32,000 bases of DNA from Gemmatimonas aurantiaca T-27 (GTDB lineage Bacteria > Gemmatimonadota > Gemmatimonadetes > Gemmatimonadales > Gemmatimonadaceae). Below the pieces are notes generated by a model. It was not told the DNA's origin and searched no databases. It saw nothing but the letters and a program-made list of their open reading frames with translations. The translations under genes were made by a program, and so were the position numbers. The stretch is taken from assembly GCF_000010305.1 (NCBI RefSeq), contig NC_012489.1, positions 2,021,646-2,053,645 of the forward strand, in the 5' to 3' direction. Shown here one piece after another: positions 8,444 through 16,868 of the stretch (positions within the stretch are counted from its first letter, which is position 1; each line of letters starts with the position of its first letter).

Positions 8444-9247
8444 TCAACCTTCCTTACGCGCCACCAGCAGCATTTCGCTCGAAGTGCGGCTGAGGGGGCG
8501 GTCGGCCCAACTGTCGAAGGCCTGTTCCACGACGAGACCTACGTCGCGCATCCGGCCCGCCAGTTCGGAGGCGGTGTACAGCCTGATACGGTGCGTCCGC
8601 TCTCCCTCACCACTCGGCCCACGCCACGTCGAGGTGATCTCGAGGAAGCCAGACAGCGGATCGAAGCTGCGTTCCTGCCCGAACATCGTGCCGTCGGCGG
8701 TGCTCCACCAATCTCGCGTGAGGAATTTGGCCATCACGCCATCACGAGCTCCGCCGTGCCAGATCAGCACGCCACCGGGCTTGAGCACCCGGGCAAACTG
8801 CTCGAGTACGCGCAGGTCGTCCTGCGGTGTGTCAAAAAAGCCGAACGAGGTGAACAGGTTGACCACGGCATCGAACCGTTCGGTCCACCGCGCAGGCAGC
8901 TTGCGCATGTCACCCTGTGTGTAGCGCAGCGTACGGCCGGTCCCCCGCTTCCGTGCGACTTCGAGCAGGGGTTCGGAATAGTCGAGACCATCCACATCGA
9001 ACCCCGCCTCGGCCAGCAGATGCGCATGTCGCCCCTGCCCGCAGGGACAGTCGAGGATACGCGCACCGGACGGCAGGGCGAGCACCTCCATCAATCGCGC
9101 CACTTCGCGGCGATCCTGGACGAGGTCGAACAGCGGCTCGTATTCGTGCAGGTACTGGGCATCGAAGTGCGTCTGCCACCACGCTCCGCCTGGTTTCGCT
9201 TTTCCGGCAGCCTTGGGGGAAGCGGCGATCTTTCGGGGGCGCGTCAT
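8444..9247 (-). CDS. Class I SAM-dependent methyltransferase
   Basis: 267 aa. SAM-binding motif I is present as ILDCPCGQGRHAHLLAEAG, followed by DGLDYSEPLL and LKPGGVLI. Confidence 0.8.
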   Translation of the reverse strand: MTRPRKIAASPKAAGKAKPGGAWWQTHFDAQYLHEYEPLFDLVQDRREVARLMEVLALPSGARILDCPCGQGRHAHLLAEAGFDVDGLDYSEPLLEVARKRGTGRTLRYTQGDMRKLPARWTERFDAVVNLFTSFGFFDTPQDDLRVLEQFARVLKPGGVLIWHGGARDGVMAKFLTRDWWSTADGTMFGQERSFDPLSGFLEITSTWRGPSGEGERTHRIRLYTASELAGRMRDVGLVVEQAFDSWADRPLSRTSSEMLLVARKEG

Positions 9248-9251
9248 GGGA

Positions 9252-10313
9252 TCACTGGTCCTGTGAGGAAGTCAGTGGAGTGAAACTGGGCTGCGTGAGC
9301 AGTGACGCGCTCTGCGCACGCAGCGTGTCGGCCACGGCAAAGGGCACCAGCGAACCATCTTCGAGACCATCGAGCTGTGCATCGATCCACTGCAACGTGG
9401 TCGCGTCATGCCAGAGTCTTTGGCGGATCTGCTGCTCGACGACTTCCATCACGCGTTCGCGCAAACGCAGGCGTCGTCGCAGGCGCAACTCGCCACTGGC
9501 TTCGAGATACTGTGCGTGGCGATCGAGGGCCGTGACGATGTCATCGATCCCCTGATTCTGCGCCGCGATGGTACTGAGCACTGGCGGCGTCCATGTGTCG
9601 CTGTCGCTCGCCAGAGCAGACGCCTTCACGGGACGCGCATGACCAGCCCGCAAGCCGAGCATGAGCTCGATGTCGTGACGTAGGCGATCGGCGCCCGGGC
9701 GGTCGGCCTTGTTCACCGTGAACACGTCGGCAATCTCCATCACACCCGCCTTGAGGGTCTGAATGGAATCACCGGACTCCGGCACCAGCACGACGAGCGT
9801 GGAATCGGCCGCACGCGCGACATCGAGTTCGCTCTGCCCCACCCCGACGGTTTCGAGCAGGATGACATCCATGCCAAATCCGTCGAACACATCGCACACT
9901 TCGCGCGTGGCCGTGGCCAGGCCACCCAGCGAACCGCGTGTCGCCATGGAGCGAATGAACACACCTTCGTCGAGCGCCACCTCTTCCATGCGGATGCGGT
10001 CACCGAGCAGCGCGCCACCGGTGAAGGGTGACGTGGGATCGACCGCTACGATGCCCACGCGCAGTCCGCGCTCGCGGTAGGCGCGGGTGAGCCGCGTGGT
10101 GATGGTGCTCTTCCCGGCGCCCGGTGGTCCGGTGATGCCAATGCGACGGGCACGCCCGACCAGCGCGTGCTGTGCGGCCAGGATCTGCTCGAATCCCGGC
10201 CGGTGATTCTCGACGATGCTGACGGCTCGCGCGAGGGCGGCCGGCTTGCCTGCGCGAAACTGCTCCAGCAAACGTGCGAGGGCCGACTCAGTCGGCGCTG
10301 TCGTCATGTTCAT
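9252..10313 (-). CDS. meaB: Methylmalonyl-CoA mutase-associated GTPase MeaB (ArgK family)
   Basis: P-loop ITGPPGAGKST, plus VDPTSPFTGGALLGDRIRM and FTVNKADRPGA. The start is set at ATG 10313 (GGGAG lies 9 nt upstream); ATG 10307 is equally possible. The upstream part of track ORF 9252..10388 overlaps the preceding gene. Confidence 0.85.
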   Translation of the reverse strand: MNMTTAPTESALARLLEQFRAGKPAALARAVSIVENHRPGFEQILAAQHALVGRARRIGITGPPGAGKSTITTRLTRAYRERGLRVGIVAVDPTSPFTGGALLGDRIRMEEVALDEGVFIRSMATRGSLGGLATATREVCDVFDGFGMDVILLETVGVGQSELDVARAADSTLVVLVPESGDSIQTLKAGVMEIADVFTVNKADRPGADRLRHDIELMLGLRAGHARPVKASALASDSDTWTPPVLSTIAAQNQGIDDIVTALDRHAQYLEASGELRLRRRLRLRERVMEVVEQQIRQRLWHDATTLQWIDAQLDGLEDGSLVPFAVADTLRAQSASLLTQPSFTPLTSSQDQ

Positions 10314-11253
10314 CCCGAATGTCTCCCACCAGCTCCTCGAGCAAGTCCTCGAGGGTGACCATGCCAATGGTGCGCGCACCCTCGGCATTGCCCTCCTGCA
10401 CCACGGCGAGCTGACGACGGGCCCGCAGCAGTTCGAAAAGCAGTTCGTTGGCCGGGCGATCCGCGACAGTGCGGGTCACCGGCAGCATCGGCGGCAACGA
10501 CTCACCGCGACGCTTGAAGATATCCATCACGTGCACCATGCCGATGATCTGATCCGGCTGCTCGCGATACACCGGCACACGGCTGTACCCGGATTGTGAA
10601 ACCCGACGGGCCAGTTCATCGGCCGGCAGACCGTCCGGAATGGCGAAGAGCTCCGTCAATGGGCGCATCACATCACGCACTGTCTTGTCGCCGAACTGCA
10701 TCACACCGGAAATGATGGCCATCTCCTCGGTGGTGCTCATGTCGTCGAAGGCCCCTTCGCGCAACAACTCTTCCAGTCCGTCGCGGGTCTCGTCGCCATC
10801 CGCCGCGTCGCGTGCCGGAGAAACCAACCGGCGCACGGCATACGCGATCGCATGGAAAGGCGCGAGGGCGAGATCGACCACACGCAGCACGGGCACCATC
10901 ACGGGCACGAGGGTGGGCGCCCACCTTCTGCCGGCGGCACGTGGCAGCAACTGACCGAAGACCAGCAGCAGCACGAGGAACAGCGTCACGTCCGCCACGA
11001 ACTTCCACGCGCGCAAGCCGTCGGCCATCGCAATCAGGGCGCCGGTGGTGAACACCACCAGCATGCCAGCGGTGCCCGCCGCGTGCACCAGACGAGTGGG
11101 GCGTTCGAGATAACGCGCCATGGCACCGGCGCCACCCGCACGATGTTCGATCCAGTGCCGGAGCCACAACCGGCTGACCGTACGTACGGCGGTCGCGCCA
11201 ACCGTGAGCACGGCCATCACGCCGACCGCCAGAAAGATGAGCGCCACGATCAT
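10288..11253 (-). CDS. CNNM/DUF21 transmembrane + CBS-pair protein, short form lacking the CorC_HlyC C-terminal domain
   Basis: 321 aa. Hydrophobic N-terminal half, then a CBS pair (VRDVMRPLTELFAI...SRVPVY...IIGMVHVMD...LAVVQEG...IGMVTLEDLLEELVGDI). The protein ends right after the CBS pair. Confidence 0.75.
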   Translation of the reverse strand: MIVALIFLAVGVMAVLTVGATAVRTVSRLWLRHWIEHRAGGAGAMARYLERPTRLVHAAGTAGMLVVFTTGALIAMADGLRAWKFVADVTLFLVLLLVFGQLLPRAAGRRWAPTLVPVMVPVLRVVDLALAPFHAIAYAVRRLVSPARDAADGDETRDGLEELLREGAFDDMSTTEEMAIISGVMQFGDKTVRDVMRPLTELFAIPDGLPADELARRVSQSGYSRVPVYREQPDQIIGMVHVMDIFKRRGESLPPMLPVTRTVADRPANELLFELLRARRQLAVVQEGNAEGARTIGMVTLEDLLEELVGDIRDEHDDSAD

Positions 11254-12551
11254 CAGTGCGCCTCCGATGCGGACAGCGCATCGTCGGTGGTGTCCGGCAC
11301 ACGTTCGAGAAAGACGCGCTCGATCTTGCGGCGCACCACCCGCTCGACGATCGCCCGGAACGGCCCAATCGTCAGCGATTCTCCCGCTTTGGGCACACGG
11401 CCCAGCAACTCCAGCACGAGACCACCAACGGTCGATACATCGTCGCGGGTGAAATCATGACTGAGCGCCTTGGACAGATCATCCAGCGTGAGTCGGCCGG
11501 ACACCCAATACCGCGTCCCTTCTTCACTTTCGACGAGGCGTTCTTCATCGTCGTACTCATCACCGATCTCGCCGACCAGTTCCTCGAGCACATCTTCGAT
11601 GGTCACCAGTCCGGCCGTGCCGCCGTATTCGTCGGCGACGATGGCGATGTGCCGTCGGGCCTGGCGAAACTCCCGCAGCAGGTCGGCGATGCGCTTCGAT
11701 GTCGGAATGAACACCGGTGATCGCATCACCGAAGTCCAGCCCTCTGCCGGCTCCTCATCGGCCAATACGGCTGGCAGCACATCCTTGACGTACAGAATGC
11801 CAACAATCTCGTCGATCGATCCTTCGTACACCGGGATACGCGAGTGCTCGGCGCTGCGAATCCGGTCGAGCATTTCGGACCACGGCGTTTCGCGTTCCAC
11901 CCCCGTGATATCCACGCGCGGGACCATAACTTCTTCGGCCGTGGTCTCACCGAAATCGAACACGCCGAGCAACAGCTCACGCTCATCGCGGGATACATCG
12001 GCTTCGGTCGTCACCACATCGCGGAATTGTGCGGCCGCTTCTTCGCGCCGTTCGTGCGTGGCATCCACTTCAGGCACGATCTCGGCAAACAGTCCATCCA
12101 GCCAATCACCCAGCAGCATGACCGGTCGCAGCACCGCTTCGATGATCCGGCCGACACTGACGAGACGCATCGATCCGCTGGCGCCGAGCCCGTCGCCCAC
12201 CACGCGCGCAATACTCTCCGCCAGCAATACGGTGGTCAGTCCGAGCAGTACGACAGACAGCGCCGTGCCCAGCGTCGGCTGTTCGATCAGATCGAGTGCC
12301 ACGGCGATGCCGCTGCCGGCCGCGAGGTGGCCGATGACCCGGGCAAAGGCGAGGGCACGGTGTGTGCGCTCGCGCATGGCGACACTGCGGGCGCCGTTCG
12401 GTGCGGTGGACGACGGCGCGTCCGTCCCATCAGGACGGTCACTCAGGTGCGCTGGGAGCGGCAGGTCAGAGAGCAAGGCTCCGTCTGCAATTGCGGCGAG
12501 TGCTGCCAGCGCAGCGCCCGCTCCTGCCAATCCCCACGCCACGATACTCAT
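11253..12551 (-). CDS. Hemolysin/CorC-family protein: CNNM/DUF21 TM domain + CBS pair + CorC_HlyC domain
   Basis: Track ORF trimmed to ATG 12551, which forms an ATGA overlap with the ybeY stop. CBS pair: VMVPRVDITGV...SRIPVY...IVGILYVKD...IAIVADEYGGTAGLVTIEDVLEELVGEI. C-terminal block: RYWVSGRLTLDDL...STVGGLVLELLGRVPKAGE. Confidence 0.8.
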   Translation of the reverse strand: MSIVAWGLAGAGAALAALAAIADGALLSDLPLPAHLSDRPDGTDAPSSTAPNGARSVAMRERTHRALAFARVIGHLAAGSGIAVALDLIEQPTLGTALSVVLLGLTTVLLAESIARVVGDGLGASGSMRLVSVGRIIEAVLRPVMLLGDWLDGLFAEIVPEVDATHERREEAAAQFRDVVTTEADVSRDERELLLGVFDFGETTAEEVMVPRVDITGVERETPWSEMLDRIRSAEHSRIPVYEGSIDEIVGILYVKDVLPAVLADEEPAEGWTSVMRSPVFIPTSKRIADLLREFRQARRHIAIVADEYGGTAGLVTIEDVLEELVGEIGDEYDDEERLVESEEGTRYWVSGRLTLDDLSKALSHDFTRDDVSTVGGLVLELLGRVPKAGESLTIGPFRAIVERVVRRKIERVFLERVPDTTDDALSASEAH

Positions 12552-13051
12552 ATACGCGGGGACGGAGGCATCCAGAAGCGCTCGATGAGCTGCTCCTGGC
12601 GTCGCCACATCGGCGACGTCGTACGTGAGTCGTCTTCCGGGTGCTCCCAGCCCGAGGCGTGCAACGTGCCGTGCACCACCAGGCGGGCCAGCTCTTCACG
12701 AATACCCACACCATGCTCGCGGGCCTGCCGTCGTGCGACATCGGGGCAGATGTAGATGTCGCCGATCACGGTGCCATCGGGTGCATTGCCCAAGGCAAAG
12801 GTGATGACATCCGTCGGCCCGGTGTGTCCGAGGTGCTGCCGATTGAGCGTGGCCATCGCGCGTGAGGTGACAAACGTGATGGACAACATCGCGCGCGCGA
12901 CCTTGCCGGCACGCAACACCTGACGCGACAGCTCGGCCAGACGTGCCGCAGCCACGGGGATGCGTACACCATCACATTCCACAGCGACGGCACGCGGATC
13001 CGTTTTGGGCACGGACGGGCGCACGGTACGCACGGTACGAGCTGGTGTCAT
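12548..13051 (-). CDS. ybeY: rRNA maturation endoribonuclease YbeY
   Basis: Zinc-binding motif HGTLHASGWEH, with GDIYICPDVA upstream. Sits between phoH and corC-like genes, matching the conserved ybeZ-ybeY-ybeX order. Confidence 0.9.
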   Translation of the reverse strand: MTPARTVRTVRPSVPKTDPRAVAVECDGVRIPVAAARLAELSRQVLRAGKVARAMLSITFVTSRAMATLNRQHLGHTGPTDVITFALGNAPDGTVIGDIYICPDVARRQAREHGVGIREELARLVVHGTLHASGWEHPEDDSRTTSPMWRRQEQLIERFWMPPSPRI

Positions 13052-14031
13052 CAGCCCCCCGCCGCGTCTTCGTTGTACGCGCGGATGATGTCGCGCACGA
13101 GACGATGACGGACGACGTCGGCTTCTGTGAAGTAGTGGAACGAGATGCCGTCGATGCCATGCAGGATGCGCTCGATCTGCATCAATCCGGAGTCTTCGCG
13201 ACGCGGCAGGTCGACCTGCGTCTTGTCACCCGTGATGACGATCTTCGAGTTCACGCCCAGACGCGTGAGGAACATCTTCATCTGCATGCCGGTGGCATTC
13301 TGCGCTTCGTCGAGAATGACAAACGAATCGCCGAGGGTGCGGCCACGCATGAAGGCGAGCGGCGCCACTTCGATGGTGCGCGCTTCGATGAGCTTCTGAA
13401 TGCGCTCGACCGGAATGAGGTCGTCGAGCGCGTCGTACAGGGGGCGCAGATACGGATCGACCTTGGCCTGCATGTCGCCCGGCAGAAAGCCCAGGTTCTC
13501 ACCGGCTTCCACGGCCGGACGCGCCAGCACGATGCGCCGTACACGCTTGCGCATGAGGGCATCCACCGCAGCGGCCACGGCCAGGTAGGTCTTGCCCGTG
13601 CCGGCGGGGCCGATGCCGATGACGATGTCATGTTCGGCGATCTTGGCGAGATACTCGGCCTGTCCGGGCGTCTTGGGCTGCACACCGCGCCGAGCGCCGG
13701 GTAATACCAAGGAGCCATTCGTGGCGCCCGGCGCATCAGCCGGGCGTTCGATGAGCGAGAGGCGCAGCACATCGTCGGCGCCCACCGACTTGCCTTCACG
13801 CACCATGGTGACCATGGCGGCCGCGACCCCTTCGGCACGAGCCACGGCCTCCGCGTCACCGGTCAGCGAGAGATGGTCACCGCGCAACGCGACCCGCACG
13901 CCAGTGGCGCGTCCCAGCTCGACGAGATTGCCATCGTTGACCCCGGCCAGGAGCTGCTGGTCCGCTCCCTCGACCGAGACCCGAGCGATGACGGCCGATT
14001 CGGCCGTCCGCTCGCCGCGTGGTTCCGTCAT
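13051..14031 (-). CDS. phoH: PhoH-like ATPase (YbeZ)
   Basis: 326 aa. Walker A GIGPAGTGKTYLAVA, ILDEAQN, and ITGDKTQVDLP. Confidence 0.9.
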   Translation of the reverse strand: MTEPRGERTAESAVIARVSVEGADQQLLAGVNDGNLVELGRATGVRVALRGDHLSLTGDAEAVARAEGVAAAMVTMVREGKSVGADDVLRLSLIERPADAPGATNGSLVLPGARRGVQPKTPGQAEYLAKIAEHDIVIGIGPAGTGKTYLAVAAAVDALMRKRVRRIVLARPAVEAGENLGFLPGDMQAKVDPYLRPLYDALDDLIPVERIQKLIEARTIEVAPLAFMRGRTLGDSFVILDEAQNATGMQMKMFLTRLGVNSKIVITGDKTQVDLPRREDSGLMQIERILHGIDGISFHYFTEADVVRHRLVRDIIRAYNEDAAGG

Positions 14032-15833
14032 GACACTCCTTCGCCGCGCACGGCGATATGCAGCTCTCGGAGATCGTCCGCCGGGACGGCCACCGGAGCG
14101 CCTTCGAACAGGGAACGTGCCGCCGTGGTCTTCGGGAAGGCAATCACGTCACGCAACGAGGTGGCTCCCGACAGCAGCATGGCGATGCGATCGAAGCCAA
14201 ACGCGATGCCACCGTGTGGTGGGGCGCCCGCGCGCAGGCCTTCGAGCAGGAAACCAAAACGACGTTCCTGCTCTTCCGTGCTGCCGATACCGAGCAGGCT
14301 GAACATGCGCGACTGCACGGCCGGGTCACTGGTGCGGATGCTGCCACCACCCAGTTCGGTACCGTTGAGCACCACATCGTACGCGAGCGCACGCCAGCGG
14401 GCCGGTTCGTCCGGGTAGGCCTGCATGTCTTCCGGGTGCGACGCCGTGAACGGATGGTGGACCGCTGCGAGTGCGCCGGTCACCGGATCCTTTTCGAACA
14501 TCGGGAAGTCCATCACGATCAGGAACCGCTGCGCTTTGTCATCGACGATCTCGAGGCGACGCGCACATTCCTGCCGCACACGATCGAGCGCCGGGCTGCT
14601 GACGTGATCGGCCGCCGCGACAAACAGTGCCAGATCACCATCGGTGAGCGCAAACGCGGCCTTGGCATCGTCGGTGAGGAACTTGGCGAGCGGGCCATCG
14701 TAGGCCCCGTCGGCCATACGCAGGCGCAGCAGACCACCTGCACCGGCGCCCTTGGCCAGCGCTTCGAGTTCGTCGACTTGCTTGCGGCTCCACGCCGCGC
14801 CACCGGGAATCACCACACCGCGTACACGCGCGCCAGCGGCCAATGCCGCGTTGGTCACGGCAAAATCGAGACCGGCGAACACACTGCTGTAGTCGCGCAG
14901 CACGAGGCCATAACGCAGGTCGGGGCGATCACAGCCGTACTGTTCCATCGCATCGGCATAGCTCATGCGCTCGAACTGCGCCGGGATGTCATGCCCGGCT
15001 TCTTTCCACAGCGCGCCAATCAGCCCCTGCGCCATCGTGAGGATGTCTTCACGCTCGATGAACGAGGCTTCGATATCGATCTGCGTGAATTCCGGCTGAC
15101 GGTCGGCACGCAGGTCTTCGTCGCGGAAGCAGCGCGCGATCTGGAAGTAGCGATCATAGCCGCAGCACATGAACAACTGCTTGTAGATCTGCGGTGACTG
15201 CGGCAACGCATAGAACTCGCCCGGATGCACCCGGCTGGGCACGAGGTAGTCGCGTGCACCTTCGGGCGTGGGCTTGGTGAGGATCGGCGTCTCGAGTTCG
15301 AGATACCCCCGATCGCTCAGGAAGCGGCGCGTCACCTGCATCAGGCGATGGCGCAGCACGAGATTGTCCTGCAGCTCGGGACGGCGCAGATCGAGATAGC
15401 GATGACGCAGGCGCAGTTCTTCCGCCGGCATCTTGTCACCGCGACCACGGGCCACCGGGAGAGCGGGCGTGACGGCGGGGCCGACGACACGAATGGACGT
15501 GACACGCACTTCCACTTCACCGGTGCCCATGTCGGGATTCACCCGATCGGCCTCACGCGCGACGACTTCCCCCTCGCACAGCACGACCGACTCCACACCG
15601 ATGGCCGCCGCCGCATGCTGCACCTCGGCAGCGGTCCATGCGGGGCCGAAGGCGAGTTGCACCAGACCGGTGCGGTCGCGCAGGTCGATGAATACCAGCC
15701 CGCCGAGATCGCGGCTGCGATGAACCCACCCGCCGAGCCTCACGGTGCGTCCCACGTCTGCCCGACGGAGCAGGCCACAGGTGTCGGTGCGCAGTGACGT
15801 GGCCAACACGGACGGTTCGGACGAAAGCGACAT
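14028..15833 (-). CDS. aspS: Aspartate--tRNA ligase (bacterial type)
   Basis: 601 aa. LGGWVHRSRDLGGLVFIDLRDRTG (anticodon-binding OB fold), class II motif 2 FRDEDLRADRQPEFTQIDIE, and motif 3 GGIAFGFDRI. Confidence 0.95.
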   Translation of the reverse strand: MSLSSEPSVLATSLRTDTCGLLRRADVGRTVRLGGWVHRSRDLGGLVFIDLRDRTGLVQLAFGPAWTAAEVQHAAAAIGVESVVLCEGEVVAREADRVNPDMGTGEVEVRVTSIRVVGPAVTPALPVARGRGDKMPAEELRLRHRYLDLRRPELQDNLVLRHRLMQVTRRFLSDRGYLELETPILTKPTPEGARDYLVPSRVHPGEFYALPQSPQIYKQLFMCCGYDRYFQIARCFRDEDLRADRQPEFTQIDIEASFIEREDILTMAQGLIGALWKEAGHDIPAQFERMSYADAMEQYGCDRPDLRYGLVLRDYSSVFAGLDFAVTNAALAAGARVRGVVIPGGAAWSRKQVDELEALAKGAGAGGLLRLRMADGAYDGPLAKFLTDDAKAAFALTDGDLALFVAAADHVSSPALDRVRQECARRLEIVDDKAQRFLIVMDFPMFEKDPVTGALAAVHHPFTASHPEDMQAYPDEPARWRALAYDVVLNGTELGGGSIRTSDPAVQSRMFSLLGIGSTEEQERRFGFLLEGLRAGAPPHGGIAFGFDRIAMLLSGATSLRDVIAFPKTTAARSLFEGAPVAVPADDLRELHIAVRGEGVS

Positions 15834-15936
15834 CAGGGGTGAGACTCCAAAGGGGGCGGACCGAAGAAACGATGCAAACGTCGAAAGCTAAATGTGTTAC
15901 GAGACTGGGGGTAGCATTTTGATCACAGTGGTTCGC

Positions 15937-15966
15937 TTGACCCGTCCTCCAGGCGCCGTTTAGTCT
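15937..15966 (+). promoter_or_regulatory. Putative sigma70-type promoter TTGACC-N18-TAGTCT immediately upstream of the 15972 ATG; would give a leaderless or near-leaderless mRNA
   Basis: TTGACC at 15937-15942 and TAGTCT at 15961-15966. Only 5 nt (CCCGT) separate the -10 element from the ATG, and there is no purine-rich SD. Pattern match only. Confidence 0.3.
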
Positions 15967-15971
15967 CCCGT

Positions 15972-16868
15972 ATGCACCGCATCCTGATCTACGGGCTTGC
16001 CGCGTTCGGTTGGGCCAGTGGGCTCGGAGCGCAGGCGGTGCCTGCACGTGATTTGTGGGAGTTCCCGCTCGGCGCCATGTACGAGCCGCCTGCCCTGGCG
16101 TCCGAACCGGGGGCGGGACTGTGGAATCCGGCCACCATTGCACTGCGTTCCGGGGAGCGGTTTCGCTTCGGCGTGGCGTCGCTGGCCGCGGGTTCCGCCC
16201 AGGGGGTCGACGGGCAGCTCCTCAGCGCCGCCATGCGCCGGAGCTCCGGCACGACGTTCGGGCTGAGTGTCGCCCGTGCCGGCATCAGTGGTCTCGTGCG
16301 TACCGACACCGATCCGCTGGCGGTGGGCAACATCCCCTATGCCACCTGGCTGGTGAGCGTCAGCGGCGCACGGGAGTTGGTGCCCCACCTGACCGTCGGG
16401 GCGGCCGTCCGGTGGCGCCACGGGCGCGCCGATCAGGTCACCGGGGACGCACTGGCGGCCGATTTTGGTGCGGTGCTGCACGATCTGCCCTGGCGGAATG
16501 CCCGCGTGGCGCTGTCCAGCTTCCTGTGGCGTCCCGGCCGCGAGATCGAGGATCGGCCCGCCCTGCTGACGGCGGCCGATTTCCGGCTCGCGGGTACCAT
16601 GGTGGAGCGTGAGGTGCGGGCGGGCGTGGCATATGCCAACGTCAATCGAGGGGCGCAGGAAGTGGGTCCCTTTGTGTCCGCACGTCGCGATCGGGTGGAA
16701 GCCCGTGTCGCGCACCTGCGCACGGAGGTCGCCGGTCAGTCGGTCGATCGTCTGCGTTTTGGCCTGGCGCTCTATTACGCGAGATTCTCCGTCGGCGTCG
16801 CACGCGAAGAAGGTGTCTCCGGCCTCGGGGCCGTTTATCAGTTCACGCTCAGCTCCATCATCAAGTGA
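15972..16868 (+). CDS. Secreted protein, probable outer-membrane beta-barrel (hypothetical)
   Basis: 298 aa. Signal peptide MHRILIYGLAAFGWASGLGAQA|VP. Amphipathic strand-like segments throughout. The GLWNPATIAL (NPA) motif is reminiscent of FadL/PorV-type barrels. High GC3. The antisense 251-aa ORF is rejected. Confidence 0.65.
   Translation: MHRILIYGLAAFGWASGLGAQAVPARDLWEFPLGAMYEPPALASEPGAGLWNPATIALRSGERFRFGVASLAAGSAQGVDGQLLSAAMRRSSGTTFGLSVARAGISGLVRTDTDPLAVGNIPYATWLVSVSGARELVPHLTVGAAVRWRHGRADQVTGDALAADFGAVLHDLPWRNARVALSSFLWRPGREIEDRPALLTAADFRLAGTMVEREVRAGVAYANVNRGAQEVGPFVSARRDRVEARVAHLRTEVAGQSVDRLRFGLALYYARFSVGVAREEGVSGLGAVYQFTLSSIIK

Noticed and set aside
14058-15197. 379-aa plus-strand ORF
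   Set aside because: It is antisense to aspS, which carries all class II tRNA-ligase motifs.
15834-15971. T-box leader or SOS box upstream of aspS
   Set aside because: The 138 bp is shared with a divergent gene, which is too short for a T-box. There is no specifier/terminator architecture, and I found no CTGT-N8-ACAG or GAAC-N4-GTTC.
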